From the NCBI GenBank assembly GCA_021783235.1, contig JAJXUD010000009.1, positions 1,911 through 65,910 of the forward strand: a stretch of 64,000 bases of DNA. The letters are read 5' to 3'. Numbering within the stretch: the first letter of the stretch is position 1; each line of letters opens with the position of its first letter. The notes under the pieces were generated by a model that was given only the letters and a program-made list of their open reading frames with translations, had not been told where the DNA came from and made no database searches. The translations under genes and the position numbers were made by a program. Shown one piece after another: positions 55,862-64,000 of this stretch. This DNA is from Myxococcales bacterium (GTDB lineage Bacteria; Myxococcota; Myxococcia; Myxococcales; JAKAPL01).

Positions 55862-56640
55862 CGGCGGGCGGCCCGAAGCTCGCCCGCCGTGAAGAAGAAG
55901 GCGAGCGTCACGAGCATCAGCCCGTAGAGCTGGCGGATCCGGGCCGGCGGGATCGCGAGCGTCAGCCGCGCGCCCAGCCAGGCCATCGGGATCATCGCGA
56001 TCGCGAGCGGTAGGAGCAGCGCGTAGTCGACGTGGCCGAGCCACGCGTGGACGATGCTCGTGGGCAGCGCCGTGCCGATGACGACGACGAGCGAGGTGCC
56101 GAAGGCCTCCTTGGTCGCGAGCCGCAAGAAGAGCACGTAGGCGGGGACCAAGAGGACGCCTCCCCCGTTGGCGAGCAGCCCCGAGAGCAGCCCGATGATC
56201 GCCCCGATGGTGAGCACGCGGCCCCGTTGCAGGGGGCGCGGCTGCCGGGCGGCCGGGCCGGCGGGTCTCGGGCGGCCGGCGCGGAGGAGCGGCTGGACGA
56301 AGAAGACGACGCCGACCACGGCGACGAAGAGCCCCGTCAAAAACATCAGGGCGCCGCTCGGCACGTCCGCCGAGAGCAGCGAGCCGACGACGCCGAAGGG
56401 GAGCGCGGTGACGAGCGTCCAGAGCCCCACCCGGCCGTTGACGAAGCCGCCGCGGGCGTAGGTCAGCGCCGCGACGATGGAGCCCGGGACGACCACGGGC
56501 AGCGGCGTGCCGAGCGCGAGCAGCGGCGCGAGGCCGAGGAGGTCCCGCAGCAGCGGCGTCGCGACGGACGAGCCGCCGAGCCCGAAGAAGCCCGAGAGGA
56601 GGCCGAGCAGGGCGCCGATGCCGATGGCCTTGGCCGTCAC
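55714..56640 (-). CDS. TSUP (TauE/SafE, DUF81) family anion permease
   Basis: Repeated GxGGG-type motifs (GLLSGFFGLGGSSVATPLL; GLLSGLLANGGGVLLVPAY) and ~8 TM segments. The start is uncertain (GTG 56640). The 3' end overlaps the convergent gene by ~148 nt. Confidence 0.7.
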   Translation of the reverse strand: MTAKAIGIGALLGLLSGFFGLGGSSVATPLLRDLLGLAPLLALGTPLPVVVPGSIVAALTYARGGFVNGRVGLWTLVTALPFGVVGSLLSADVPSGALMFLTGLFVAVVGVVFFVQPLLRAGRPRPAGPAARQPRPLQRGRVLTIGAIIGLLSGLLANGGGVLLVPAYVLFLRLATKEAFGTSLVVVIGTALPTSIVHAWLGHVDYALLLPLAIAMIPMAWLGARLTLAIPPARIRQLYGLMLVTLAFFFTAGELRAARRQGAAEACAGAGALPDSSGLPVCASRIVGCRSSMIRWAMPTRSRLKLTK

Positions 56641-56845
56641 CCCGGGATCATCGCCATGGGCGAGAGCCTCGCGCAGGGCCCCGCGCCCGGCCGAGCGCCC
56701 TCGCCAGACCGTTCGCCCGTTCGCCCGTTCGAACGAAGCGCTCGGCCGGGCGGCTCGCGCTGGGCGCGCGCCGCGCGGCTCCCTAGCGTTACACCCGAAA
56801 CGGGGCCGGCGAGGGCGCCGGTCCATGCACGAGGGAGGTGGAGCG

Positions 56846-57238
56846 ATGAGGACCGTCAAGGCTTGGCTCGGGGCGCTGGCTTCGCTGTCGCTGCTCTTCT
56901 CGGGGGCGGCGTTCGCCGCCGAGAGCGGCCAGAACGGCAGCGAGGAGATGGGCGCGCAGAGCGCCAACGCCGGCAAGGTGGTGCACGGCAAGATCACGCA
57001 GCTCCTCAAGAGCGACCACGAGATCCTGCTCAGCGACCACGCGACGCCGCTCGTGGTCTCGCAGGACGCGAAGATCTGGCGCGACGGCAAGTCGGTGAGC
57101 TTCGGCGACCTGAAGCCGGGCGACGAGGTTCGCGCGAGCTTCGACGTCGACGGCGCCAAGGTGATCTCGATTCAGGCGGAGTCGAAGATGAAGAAGGGCG
57201 AGAACGGGAGCCCGGGCGGCGAGAAGACGGGCTACTGA
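56846..57238 (+). CDS. small secreted protein (hypothetical)
   Basis: GAGGGAGG RBS, signal peptide MRTVKAWLGALASLSLLFSGAAFA, 130 aa. Confidence 0.6.
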   Translation: MRTVKAWLGALASLSLLFSGAAFAAESGQNGSEEMGAQSANAGKVVHGKITQLLKSDHEILLSDHATPLVVSQDAKIWRDGKSVSFGDLKPGDEVRASFDVDGAKVISIQAESKMKKGENGSPGGEKTGY

Positions 57239-57260
57239 GCCCAAGGGCCGCTCGGCTGGA

Positions 57261-57300
57261 GGGCGGGGGGCGGGGGCCGAGGGGGCCGCCGCCCCCGCCC
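57261..57300 (+). terminator. GC-rich hairpin downstream of 56846..57238 (possible terminator)
   Basis: GGGCGGGGGGCGGGGGCC...GGCCGCCGCCCCCGCCC is an imperfect inverted repeat. There is no T-tract. Confidence 0.3.
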
Positions 57301-57302
57301 GC

Positions 57303-57331
57303 TTGCTCGCCCGGGAGGCGGGTGGCATATT
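57303..57331 (+). promoter_or_regulatory. candidate sigma-70-type promoter for ssrA
   Basis: TTGCTC - 17 nt - CATATT, ~50 nt upstream of the mature tmRNA 5' end. Confidence 0.35.
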
Positions 57332-57381
57332 CGGGGCCGGTCGTCGGTTCTGCCATCGACGATCGGTTGTTCTTTCTCATT

Positions 57382-57744
<363 letters not shown>

Positions 57745-57902
57745 TCTTGTCGGCCGCGGATACGGGCGCATCTGCTGCGTTGTCGGGCCGGCTGCGCTGC
57801 TCATTGCCCAGCCGCGGCAACTCCGCTGCTCGCCGGCCCTCCGCCTTGCAGCTGCACCCGTCTCCGCGGCCTCCGCGTGGGGGGGGTTCTCGTGGAGGGG
57901 GT

Positions 57903-58046
57903 CGCGCCCGCTTCGCTTCGCTCGCGGGCGAGAGTGTCCCGCTTCGCTTCGCTTGCGGGCGAAAGTGTCCCGCTTCGCTTCGCTTGCGGGCGAGAGTGTC
58001 CCGCTTCGCTTCGCTCGCGGGTGCGAGTGTTTCGCTTCGCTTGCGT
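57903..58046. repeat. 31-bp tandem repeat array (~4.6 copies), each unit a hairpin
   Basis: Units are phased at 57936, 57967, 57998 and 58029 (31-nt spacing), plus a degenerate first unit at ~57905. Unit GTCCCGCTTCGCTTCGCTTGCGGGCGAGAGT contains the stem CCCGC...GCGGG. It lies between the convergent ssrA and a minus-strand ORF. Confidence 0.9.
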
Positions 58047-58292
58047 TCAGCCTTCGAGTTTTGGTGGGCGGTACTCGGGGAAGATCCAGCGGAGGGCGAG
58101 GCGGCGGAGGCGGTTCTGGGCGGCGAGGAGCCGCTCGGCTGGCGTCCCTCTGGGGAGGAGGGCGGCCGCCGCGCAGGCCCAGGGCGCCAGCGCCACCTCT
58201 GCGGCCAGGACCACGGAGGTCTTGGCCAGTCGCACCAGGGTGTGCCGCTGGCGCAGCTCGCGCGCCACGGCGGCCAGGCGTGCCCGGTTCAC
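58047..58292 (-). CDS. small hypothetical protein, translationally coupled to the upstream methyltransferase
   Basis: 81-aa ORF whose ATG overlaps the methyltransferase stop (ATGA). High third-position GC. Confidence 0.4.
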   Translation of the reverse strand: MNRARLAAVARELRQRHTLVRLAKTSVVLAAEVALAPWACAAAALLPRGTPAERLLAAQNRLRRLALRWIFPEYRPPKLEG

Positions 58293-59281
58293 GGGCTCTC
58301 CTTGCGGGCCACGGCGAGGAAGCCGTTCCCGTGGTCGAAGCGCCAGAGCGGGTAGTCGAGCAGGTCGAGGAGCCGGTACGCGAAAGCCGGCGGCGCGTTG
58401 TAGAGGTAGTACTCCGCGAAGAGGGTCCAGAAGCCGTGGTACGCGCGCAGGCGCGCGACGGAAAGCCCCACCTCCGCGGCCACCGCGCGGAAGCGGTCGG
58501 GGTGGATGAAGTTCTCCCAGCGGTGGCCTTCCCCGTCGTCCACCCCCACGCGACCGCCCGAGATCTGCCGCAACGTCTCGTGGAGGGTGAAGCGGTCGTT
58601 CTGCGAGACGACATAGACGAGCAACGCGCCGCCCGGGGCGAGCACGCGCGCCACCTCGCGCATGGCCTGCTCGAAACCTCCCTGGCCCAGATGCTCGAAG
58701 ACGTCGAACGAGAGGACGCAGTCGACGCTGCCGTCGCCCACGGGCAGCCGGTCGGCCTGGCCCACGTGGAAGGCGTTGCGGTCGCCCCGTGGCCGGGCCT
58801 CGAGGGCCTGCTGGACGGCCGCGGCAGAGATGTCGAGGCCGATCCCGCTGCCACCGGAGAGCGCGCTCGCCACGAAGAGGTAGCGGCCGTCGTTGCAGCC
58901 GATCTCGAGCAACCGCGGGGCGGGCGGGAGCCGCAGGTCGCGGAAGGCCGAGAGCAGCAGCTGCTCCTTGGCCTTGACCCGGCCGCGCACGCGCCGAGAG
59001 ACGAAGTCGCGCATGAAGCGCGCCTTGTCGTCCTGACCCTGGCCGCTGTAGCGGTTCGCCTGCCCGTCGTCATAGGTGGCGCGCTGGAGCGCGGCGTTCG
59101 AATCGAACGTGGTCTCGTCGCTGAAATCCGCGAAGGCGCCGCCCGCCCAGCGCCGCAGCGGGAAGCGGTGCCCCGCCGCGCAGGAGAGCTCACCCTCGAC
59201 GGCCTGCAAGGCGCCATGATCGCGCGGGCAGACGAGCCCTTCGGTGGTCTCCGCCGTCATTCGGGAGCGATGATCAACCAC
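58289..59281 (-). CDS. class I SAM-dependent methyltransferase with N-terminal Trm112-like zinc-ribbon segment
   Basis: LVCPRDHGAL...LSCAAGHRFP, then the SAM motif LLEIGCNDG and VDCVLSFDVFEHL. The start may be at the internal Met (MTAETTEG). Confidence 0.75.
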   Translation of the reverse strand: MVDHRSRMTAETTEGLVCPRDHGALQAVEGELSCAAGHRFPLRRWAGGAFADFSDETTFDSNAALQRATYDDGQANRYSGQGQDDKARFMRDFVSRRVRGRVKAKEQLLLSAFRDLRLPPAPRLLEIGCNDGRYLFVASALSGGSGIGLDISAAAVQQALEARPRGDRNAFHVGQADRLPVGDGSVDCVLSFDVFEHLGQGGFEQAMREVARVLAPGGALLVYVVSQNDRFTLHETLRQISGGRVGVDDGEGHRWENFIHPDRFRAVAAEVGLSVARLRAYHGFWTLFAEYYLYNAPPAFAYRLLDLLDYPLWRFDHGNGFLAVARKESP

Positions 59282-59353
59282 GGGAGGCGGCCGGCCTCAA
59301 GTCGGTCAACCCTCCGCCGGCCCCGATCGACCGGCCGCGAGGGCCGGGACGGC

Positions 59354-60694
59354 TCAGGCGCGCGGGCCTTCGCGGGGGAGGCGGGCGCGGAAGGTCGTGC
59401 CCTCTCCCTCGGAGGAGCGGACCTCGAGGCTGCCGCCGTGGGCCTCCACGAGCGCCTTGCAGATGTAGAGGCCGAGGCCGAGGCCGGCGTCGCGGCCGGC
59501 GCCGGCGTGGCCTCGACGGAAGGGGTGGAAGAGGCTCGGCAGGAGCTCGCGAGGGATCGGCTGGCCGCCGTTGCGGACCTCGAGCGTCACCTGCTCTCCC
59601 TCGCCTCGCACCTCCGCCACGACGGGCGGCTCGCCGTGCCGGAGCGCGTTGCCGAGGAGGTTCGAGGCGACCTGTCCGAGTCGCTCGCCGTCCCAGCGGC
59701 CGACGGGATCTCCGAGCAGCCGCAGCCGGATCTCGCGCTCGGGGTGGGCGAGCCGCAGCTCGTCCGCCACCGCCGCCACGACCTTCGAGAGATCGGTGCC
59801 CGGCCGCGGGGCGATGGGGATGCCGCCGCCCACCCCGGCGCGCGTCGCGTCGAGGAGCTGGTCGACCATGTTCTCCATCCGCGCGGCGCTGCGCGCGATG
59901 GCGTCGACCGCCTTCACGCGGATGCCGTCGTGGGCGCCGGGCGCGCGCAAGAGCGAGGTCCCGATCTTCACGGCCGCGAGCGGGGTCCGCAGGTCGTGGC
60001 CGAGGACGCCGACGAACCGCTCGCGCAGCGCCGCCGCCTCGAGCAGATCCGCCTCGAGCAGCTCGCGCCGCCGCAGGTCGCGCGAGAGCGCCGAGAGCGC
60101 GAAGGCGAGCCAGACGACCCCGAGGCCGGCCGAGAAGTGGAAGGCGCCGGCGAAGAGGAGGTTGTGCATGGCGCGCGTCGAGCGGCGCTCGAGGATCCGC
60201 CCCTCCTCCCGCCGCGCCGTCGTGATCGCCGCCTTCGCCCCGTCCATCAGCGCCTTGCCGACGCCGCTCTCGATCCGATCGAGGGCCGTCCGGCTGTCGC
60301 CCGCGCGCTCGAGCGACACCGTCTCGTCGAGATCGGCGAGCTTCTGCGCCGCCAGCTGGGCGAAGGTCGCGAGGCGCCGCCGCTGCGCCGGGTTCTCGGT
60401 GAGCTGCGCGGCGCGCCCGAGGTCCCTGGGGAGCCGCTTCTCCGCCCGCTCGAGCGGCTCGAGGTAGCTCTGGCGGCCCGTGAGGACGAAGCCGCGCTCG
60501 CCGGTCTCCGCGTCGGTCAGCTCGATCCGGAGCCGATCGAGGAGGAGCTCCTCCTCCTCGGCCCGCTCGAAGCCTCGCCCCGAGCTGAAGAGCTGCCAGA
60601 GCGAGACCAGGTCCGCGAGGACGAGCGCGAGTACCGCCGCCGCGGCGAGCAGGGCCAGTCTCGGGACCTTGGGGCGGCTCGGGCCGTCACGCAC
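59354..60694 (-). CDS. sensor histidine kinase with CHASE3-like periplasmic domain
   Basis: A TM segment, then a CHASE3-like region (ETGERGFVLTGRQSYLEPLERA), a second TM, the HisKA H-box FVGVLGHDLRTPL, and HATPase N/G boxes (NLLGNALRHG, GLGLGLYICKALVEAHGG). The start is uncertain; GTG 60694 was chosen because the upstream ORF part is Arg-rich and covers the repeat array. Confidence 0.75.
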   Translation of the reverse strand: MRDGPSRPKVPRLALLAAAAVLALVLADLVSLWQLFSSGRGFERAEEEELLLDRLRIELTDAETGERGFVLTGRQSYLEPLERAEKRLPRDLGRAAQLTENPAQRRRLATFAQLAAQKLADLDETVSLERAGDSRTALDRIESGVGKALMDGAKAAITTARREEGRILERRSTRAMHNLLFAGAFHFSAGLGVVWLAFALSALSRDLRRRELLEADLLEAAALRERFVGVLGHDLRTPLAAVKIGTSLLRAPGAHDGIRVKAVDAIARSAARMENMVDQLLDATRAGVGGGIPIAPRPGTDLSKVVAAVADELRLAHPEREIRLRLLGDPVGRWDGERLGQVASNLLGNALRHGEPPVVAEVRGEGEQVTLEVRNGGQPIPRELLPSLFHPFRRGHAGAGRDAGLGLGLYICKALVEAHGGSLEVRSSEGEGTTFRARLPREGPRA

Positions 60695-60869
60695 GGGGTC
60701 CGAAGCTAGCACGGCGAAGGCCGGCGGAGGCAACAGCTCACCATGGCCCGAACCGCCGAGGGCCGTCCGGGCTTCCTGCCGCGGGGCCCGTGGGGTGGCG
60801 ACGGGGCCCGCGACCCTCGCGAACGGGCGCGCGAAGCCGATCGGTGGGGCCGCGAGGCGCTCCCGCCCG

Positions 60870-61130
60870 CCGAGAGGGGAGGATCGCCGGCCGAGAGGGG
60901 AGGATCGCCGGCCGAGAGGGGAGGATCGCCGGCGATCGATCGAAGATCGCCCGCGAGTCATCCCGCTCGGCCGGCCAGCCACGAAAGATCGCCGGCGGAT
61001 CATCCAGCTTCGCCCGCGAGTCATCGAAGATCGCCCGCGAGCCATCCCAGCTCACCGCCGAGTCGTCGAAGATCGCCGGCGAGCCATCCCATTTCACCGC
61101 CGAGTCATCCCGGGAATCGCTCGATCCATT
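60870..61130. repeat. phased 21-bp (42-bp super-period) tandem repeat array, ~12 units
   Basis: Three perfect 21-bp units CCGAGAGGGGAGGATCGCCGG occupy 60870-60932. The core (A/G)GATCGCC then recurs at 60944, 60986, 61028, 61070 and ~61112 (42-nt spacing), with degenerate half-period copies in between. Confidence 0.85.
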
Positions 61131-61382
61131 CCCAGGACGGCGCGTCGCGACGCCGGGGTCGGCTGGTCGCCCCCTGTCCTTTCGCACGCTTGCTCTCGAT
61201 CGAAGAAAAGTGAGTCACGCAGCGAGGCCTCGTACCCCCTGTTCTGTGGGCAGGGAAGGACGAGCGCGAGAGCGGCGCCGCTGAAACGTCGCCTTCCGGC
61301 GCCGCGGGCGATGGGGCCCGCGGGTGGCAGACGCTCTCGCGGCGAACCCGGGTCGCCAGCCCGGGAGAAAGGAAAGAGAGTC

Positions 61383-61910
61383 ATGGTGCTCGAGAACATC
61401 CTGCAGAAGCTGGTCGACAACCTGGGGAAGGTGATCCCGGGGAACGTCCAGCTCGTCCTCAACGGCACCGCGTTCACGGTGCAGGCGCTGGTCCAGAAGC
61501 TCGGCCAGCTCCTCGCCCTGTATGCGGCGGTCGACGAGGCGAAGCAGCAGCACCTGGTGGCGGTCAAGCAGCTTCACGCGGCCGTGCCGGACGCTCGCCA
61601 GCTGGTGTCGGCGCTCGGTTCGGTCCTCCGTGGGCAGCTCGGCTCCGGCAATCCTCTGCTCGCGCAGCTCGGGCTGAAGACCGGTGCTCGCTCGAAGCCG
61701 TCGGCGCTGAAGAAGGCGCAGGCGGCGGCGAGCGGGCTGGCCACGAAGAAGGCTCGCCACAACTCGGGGAAGAAGTCGCGCCTCGCGTTGTCCGAGCCGG
61801 TGCAGGTCGACGTCGTGCTCGTGGGCCCGGACGGCAAGCCGATCCAGCAGAGCGGGTCGGCCCCGAACGGGAACGGGAGCGGCGGCGCCGGCCAGCCAGA
61901 GAAGGGCTGA
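61383..61910 (+). CDS. small basic protein of unknown function (paralogue B of 32084..32596)
   Basis: 175 aa with a purine-rich RBS. NGTAFTVQALV..., helical middle, KKAQAAASGLATKKARHNSGKKSR, then VVLVGPDGKPI. Alignable along its length with paralogue A. Confidence 0.7.
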   Translation: MVLENILQKLVDNLGKVIPGNVQLVLNGTAFTVQALVQKLGQLLALYAAVDEAKQQHLVAVKQLHAAVPDARQLVSALGSVLRGQLGSGNPLLAQLGLKTGARSKPSALKKAQAAASGLATKKARHNSGKKSRLALSEPVQVDVVLVGPDGKPIQQSGSAPNGNGSGGAGQPEKG

Positions 61911-62049
61911 GCTGCAAGAGCGCCCCCCGGGGCTTTGCCCGGGGGGCGCGGGGGCGGTGGGCGGCACGGTGCGGCCGCCCGGGGCGCCGGTTCGACTTTG
62001 ACGCTGGAAGGCGAGGAGGCGATGTTCCGCGGAGACCGGGAGGGACGCA

Positions 62050-62832
62050 GTGGACGAGAACGAGACGGATTCGCCGCCGGCCGAGCCCTCGGAGCTCGAG
62101 GCGGCGCGAAAGAGGAAGGCGGAGCTCGACGAGCGCGACCGCGAGCTGATGGAGCGGCTCCTCGCGGGGGATCGGCAGGCGTCGGGCGAGGCGTGCCTGC
62201 GGCTCAATGGGCTGATGGAGCGGGCCTGCGCGAGGGACACGCCGAAGCTCCTGCGGCGCTTCGCGGCGCTGCGGGGGGCGGCCTTCGAGCTCCTTGGCCG
62301 CTGGCTCTTCGAGAAGCGGAACCTGCGGCCGGACGAGCCGTTGCCGTTTCTCGCGCGGCGGCTCTGGAAGCAGGCGATGGAGGCGGAGGCGCGGGCGGAC
62401 GCTCGGGCCGCGAGGACGGTCTCCTTGGACCAGGGCTGGGAGGAGGCGGACCCGGGCGAGGCGAGCCGCCTCGCCGGGAGGCGGGAGCAGCTCGAGCGGA
62501 AGATCGGCGCGGCGGCTCCGCCCGCGGATCCCGAGCGGCTCTACGCCCAGAGAGAGCTTCAGGCGTGGCTCGAGCGGGCGCGGGAGCGGCTCTCGGAGAC
62601 GGACCGGGCGACCTGGGAGGCGATCGAGCGGGTCGAGGACGGCGCGGCCGGCTCGCTCGGGGAGGCGCTCGGCGTGACCCTCGTGGCCGCGCGGCAGCGG
62701 CGCCGCCGGCTGCGGGTCGCCCTCGTCGAGCTGGCGCTCGCGGACGGCATCGAGGAGATCGTCGAGCGGGCGAAGCGGGCGCGCGCGGTGCGGAGCGACC
62801 AGGGAAAGAAGAGGACCGGCGATGACGATTGA
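62050..62832 (+). CDS. divergent ECF-like sigma-70 family protein (putative)
   Basis: Region-4-like HTH LSETDRATWEAIERVEDGAAGSLGEALGVTLVAARQRRRRLRVAL. Overlaps the downstream anti-sigma-like gene by 11 nt. Assignment is tentative. Confidence 0.45.
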   Translation: MDENETDSPPAEPSELEAARKRKAELDERDRELMERLLAGDRQASGEACLRLNGLMERACARDTPKLLRRFAALRGAAFELLGRWLFEKRNLRPDEPLPFLARRLWKQAMEAEARADARAARTVSLDQGWEEADPGEASRLAGRREQLERKIGAAAPPADPERLYAQRELQAWLERARERLSETDRATWEAIERVEDGAAGSLGEALGVTLVAARQRRRRLRVALVELALADGIEEIVERAKRARAVRSDQGKKRTGDDD

Positions 62833-63220
62833 GAGAGAGACGAAGGGCGGCCACCGGGCCGAGGAGCTGGTCCGCTTCCACGACGGCGAGCTGGAGCCGG
62901 CCGAGCGGGCCGAGTTCGAGCGGCACCTCGCGGGCTGCGACGACTGCCAGGCGACCTTGCGGGCGGCCGGGGCGGCGCTTGGGGCCTTCGACGATCTCGT
63001 CGCGAGCCCGGCGCCGCCGCTCGACGTGGCCGAGGCGATCGCGGCGATGGACCGTGGGGCGACGAAGGCGCGGGCCGAGCGGAGGCGGCGGAGGCTCGCC
63101 GTCGGGATCGCGGCGATCGGGCTCACCGCCGCCGCGGGGATCGCGCTCTACGTCGCGACCCGCCAACACCCGCCCGTCGCCCCCGACCACTACTACGCCC
63201 CGCGGCCGACTCGAAGGTAG
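62822..63220 (+). CDS. zinc-finger (ZAS-type) anti-sigma factor, single TM
   Basis: FHDGELEPAERAEFERHLAGCDDCQ carries the HxxxCxxC motif. Followed by the TM segment LAVGIAAIGLTAAAGIALYVA. Confidence 0.65.
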   Translation: MTIERETKGGHRAEELVRFHDGELEPAERAEFERHLAGCDDCQATLRAAGAALGAFDDLVASPAPPLDVAEAIAAMDRGATKARAERRRRRLAVGIAAIGLTAAAGIALYVATRQHPPVAPDHYYAPRPTRR

Positions 63221-63229
63221 ACTGTCGCC

Positions 63230-64000
63230 ATGACGCTCGAATGCCCGGGTTGCCACAGCCGCTACGAGGTGCCGGCCCGGCCGCCGGGGACGCGGGTCCG
63301 CTGCCGGTGCCAGACGATCTTCACGGTGCCGGCGCCCACGGAGGTCGCGGGCGCCCTGAGCTGCCCGAAGTGCGGCGCCACCGTCTCGCCGGACGACCCG
63401 TCGTGCCGCTACTGCCACGCGCTCCTCGCGACCGCGGCCTGCCCGCGCTGCTTCGGCCTCCTCTTTCAGGGGACGGCCTTCTGCCCCCACTGCGGCGCGG
63501 CGGTGGGCGAGGGCGAGGCGGCCCACGCCACCCGCGCGGGGGCGAGCCGCCGAGTCTGCCCGCGCTGCCAGCCCGCGGCGGAGAACCAGCTCACCGCCCA
63601 CCTCGTCGGCGAGACGCTGCTCGACGAGTGCCACGCCTGCGGCGGCCTCTGGATCGACGCCGCGGCGCTCGAGCGGGTCATCGCGGACCGCGACCGGCAG
63701 TCGGCGCTGCTCTCGGTGGCGGTGGGCGGAGCGGCCGCGCCCCCGGCGGCGGGGCCGGCGTCGATCCCCGAGCTCCGCTACCTGCACTGCCCCGACTGCC
63801 GGGTGCTGATGAACCGCAAGAACTTCGGCGAGCGGTCGGGGGTCATCGTCGAGATCTGCAAGGCGCACGGCGTCTGGTTCGACCACGACCAGCTCTCGCG
63901 GGCGCTGCGCTTCGTGATGTCCGGCGGCCTCGAGGAGACGAAGCGGCGCAAGCTCGAGGAGCTCGACCGCGAGCTCGAGCGGAAGCGGACGGCCATCGCG
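63230..64000 (+). CDS. multi zinc-ribbon protein (MJ0042-type N-terminal finger plus two zf-TFIIB-like CxxC...CxxCxGxWxD modules), 3' end outside window
   Basis: Hand translation from ATG 63230 stays open to the window end: MTLECPGCHSRYEVP...RCRCQTIFTVP; CPKCG...CRYCH; CPRCF...CPHCG; CPRC...CHACGGLWID; CPDC...CKAHGVWFDHDQL. It is absent from the ORF track because there is no stop in the window. Confidence 0.7.
   Translation, partial: MTLECPGCHSRYEVPARPPGTRVRCRCQTIFTVPAPTEVAGALSCPKCGATVSPDDPSCRYCHALLATAACPRCFGLLFQGTAFCPHCGAAVGEGEAAHATRAGASRRVCPRCQPAAENQLTAHLVGETLLDECHACGGLWIDAAALERVIADRDRQSALLSVAVGGAAAPPAAGPASIPELRYLHCPDCRVLMNRKNFGERSGVIVEICKAHGVWFDHDQLSRALRFVMSGGLEETKRRKLEELDRELERKRTAIA

Noticed and set aside
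60480-61382. N-terminal extension of paralogue B (476-aa ORF 60480..61910) and the Arg-rich N-terminus of the histidine kinase ORF (to 61045)
   Set aside because: Both extensions are Arg/Pro/Ser-rich low-complexity translations of the repeat array. They overlap each other on opposite strands and are not needed for the recognisable domains.

Overview
A very GC-rich bacterial chromosome segment. It is probably Myxococcota: the tmRNA tag reads ANDNVELALAA, there are many Cys-rich lipoproteins, and long spurious antisense ORFs are common. All calls come from reading the sequence and the ORF translations; no database search was run.

Content in order:
- hom, a secreted beta-propeller protein, a tRNA-Pro/Arg/His cluster and an ABC-F ATPase. 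This block is bracketed by two inverted copies of a ~171-bp MITE-like palindromic element.
- A seven-gene, translationally coupled minus-strand operon (6631-22375). It encodes an ER-ER-KS-AT-ACP-KR megasynthase, a KS-AT-DH-PPTase protein, a free ACP, two alpha/beta hydrolases, a GT1 glycosyltransferase and a membrane-anchored SAM methyltransferase.
- An MdtABC-like RND pump, a deoxynucleoside kinase and a cation/H+ antiporter.
- An accessory-looking patch with Cys-rich lipoproteins, a 42-bp tandem repeat array and an 841-bp insertion flanked by 56-bp direct repeats.
- OYE flavin reductase, hemF, and tRNA-Arg(TCG) with a 46-bp duplicate of its 3' half ~0.85 kb downstream.
- Dienelactone hydrolase, then a DsbA/FrnE-like gene whose CxxC cysteine is replaced by an in-frame TGA followed by a SECIS-like hairpin (candidate selenoprotein).
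- A second RND/TolC operon with a P-II-like gene, and a GMC oxidoreductase / small subunit / di-haem peroxidase cluster.
- A duplicated two-gene module: a helical-repeat secreted protein plus a lipoprotein ending in a Cys/Gly tail ...CGGCG.
- A Mo-oxidoreductase, a TSUP permease, and tmRNA followed by a 31-bp hairpin array.
- A methyltransferase, a CHASE3 histidine kinase, and a second phased (21/42-bp) repeat array upstream of a paralogue of the small gene that sits next to the first array.
- An ECF-like sigma / anti-sigma pair and a zinc-ribbon protein that runs off the window.

The most interesting candidates are the orphan PKS operon, the Sec-DsbA gene, the repeat-array plus small-basic-protein modules, and the Cys/Gly-tail lipoprotein modules.
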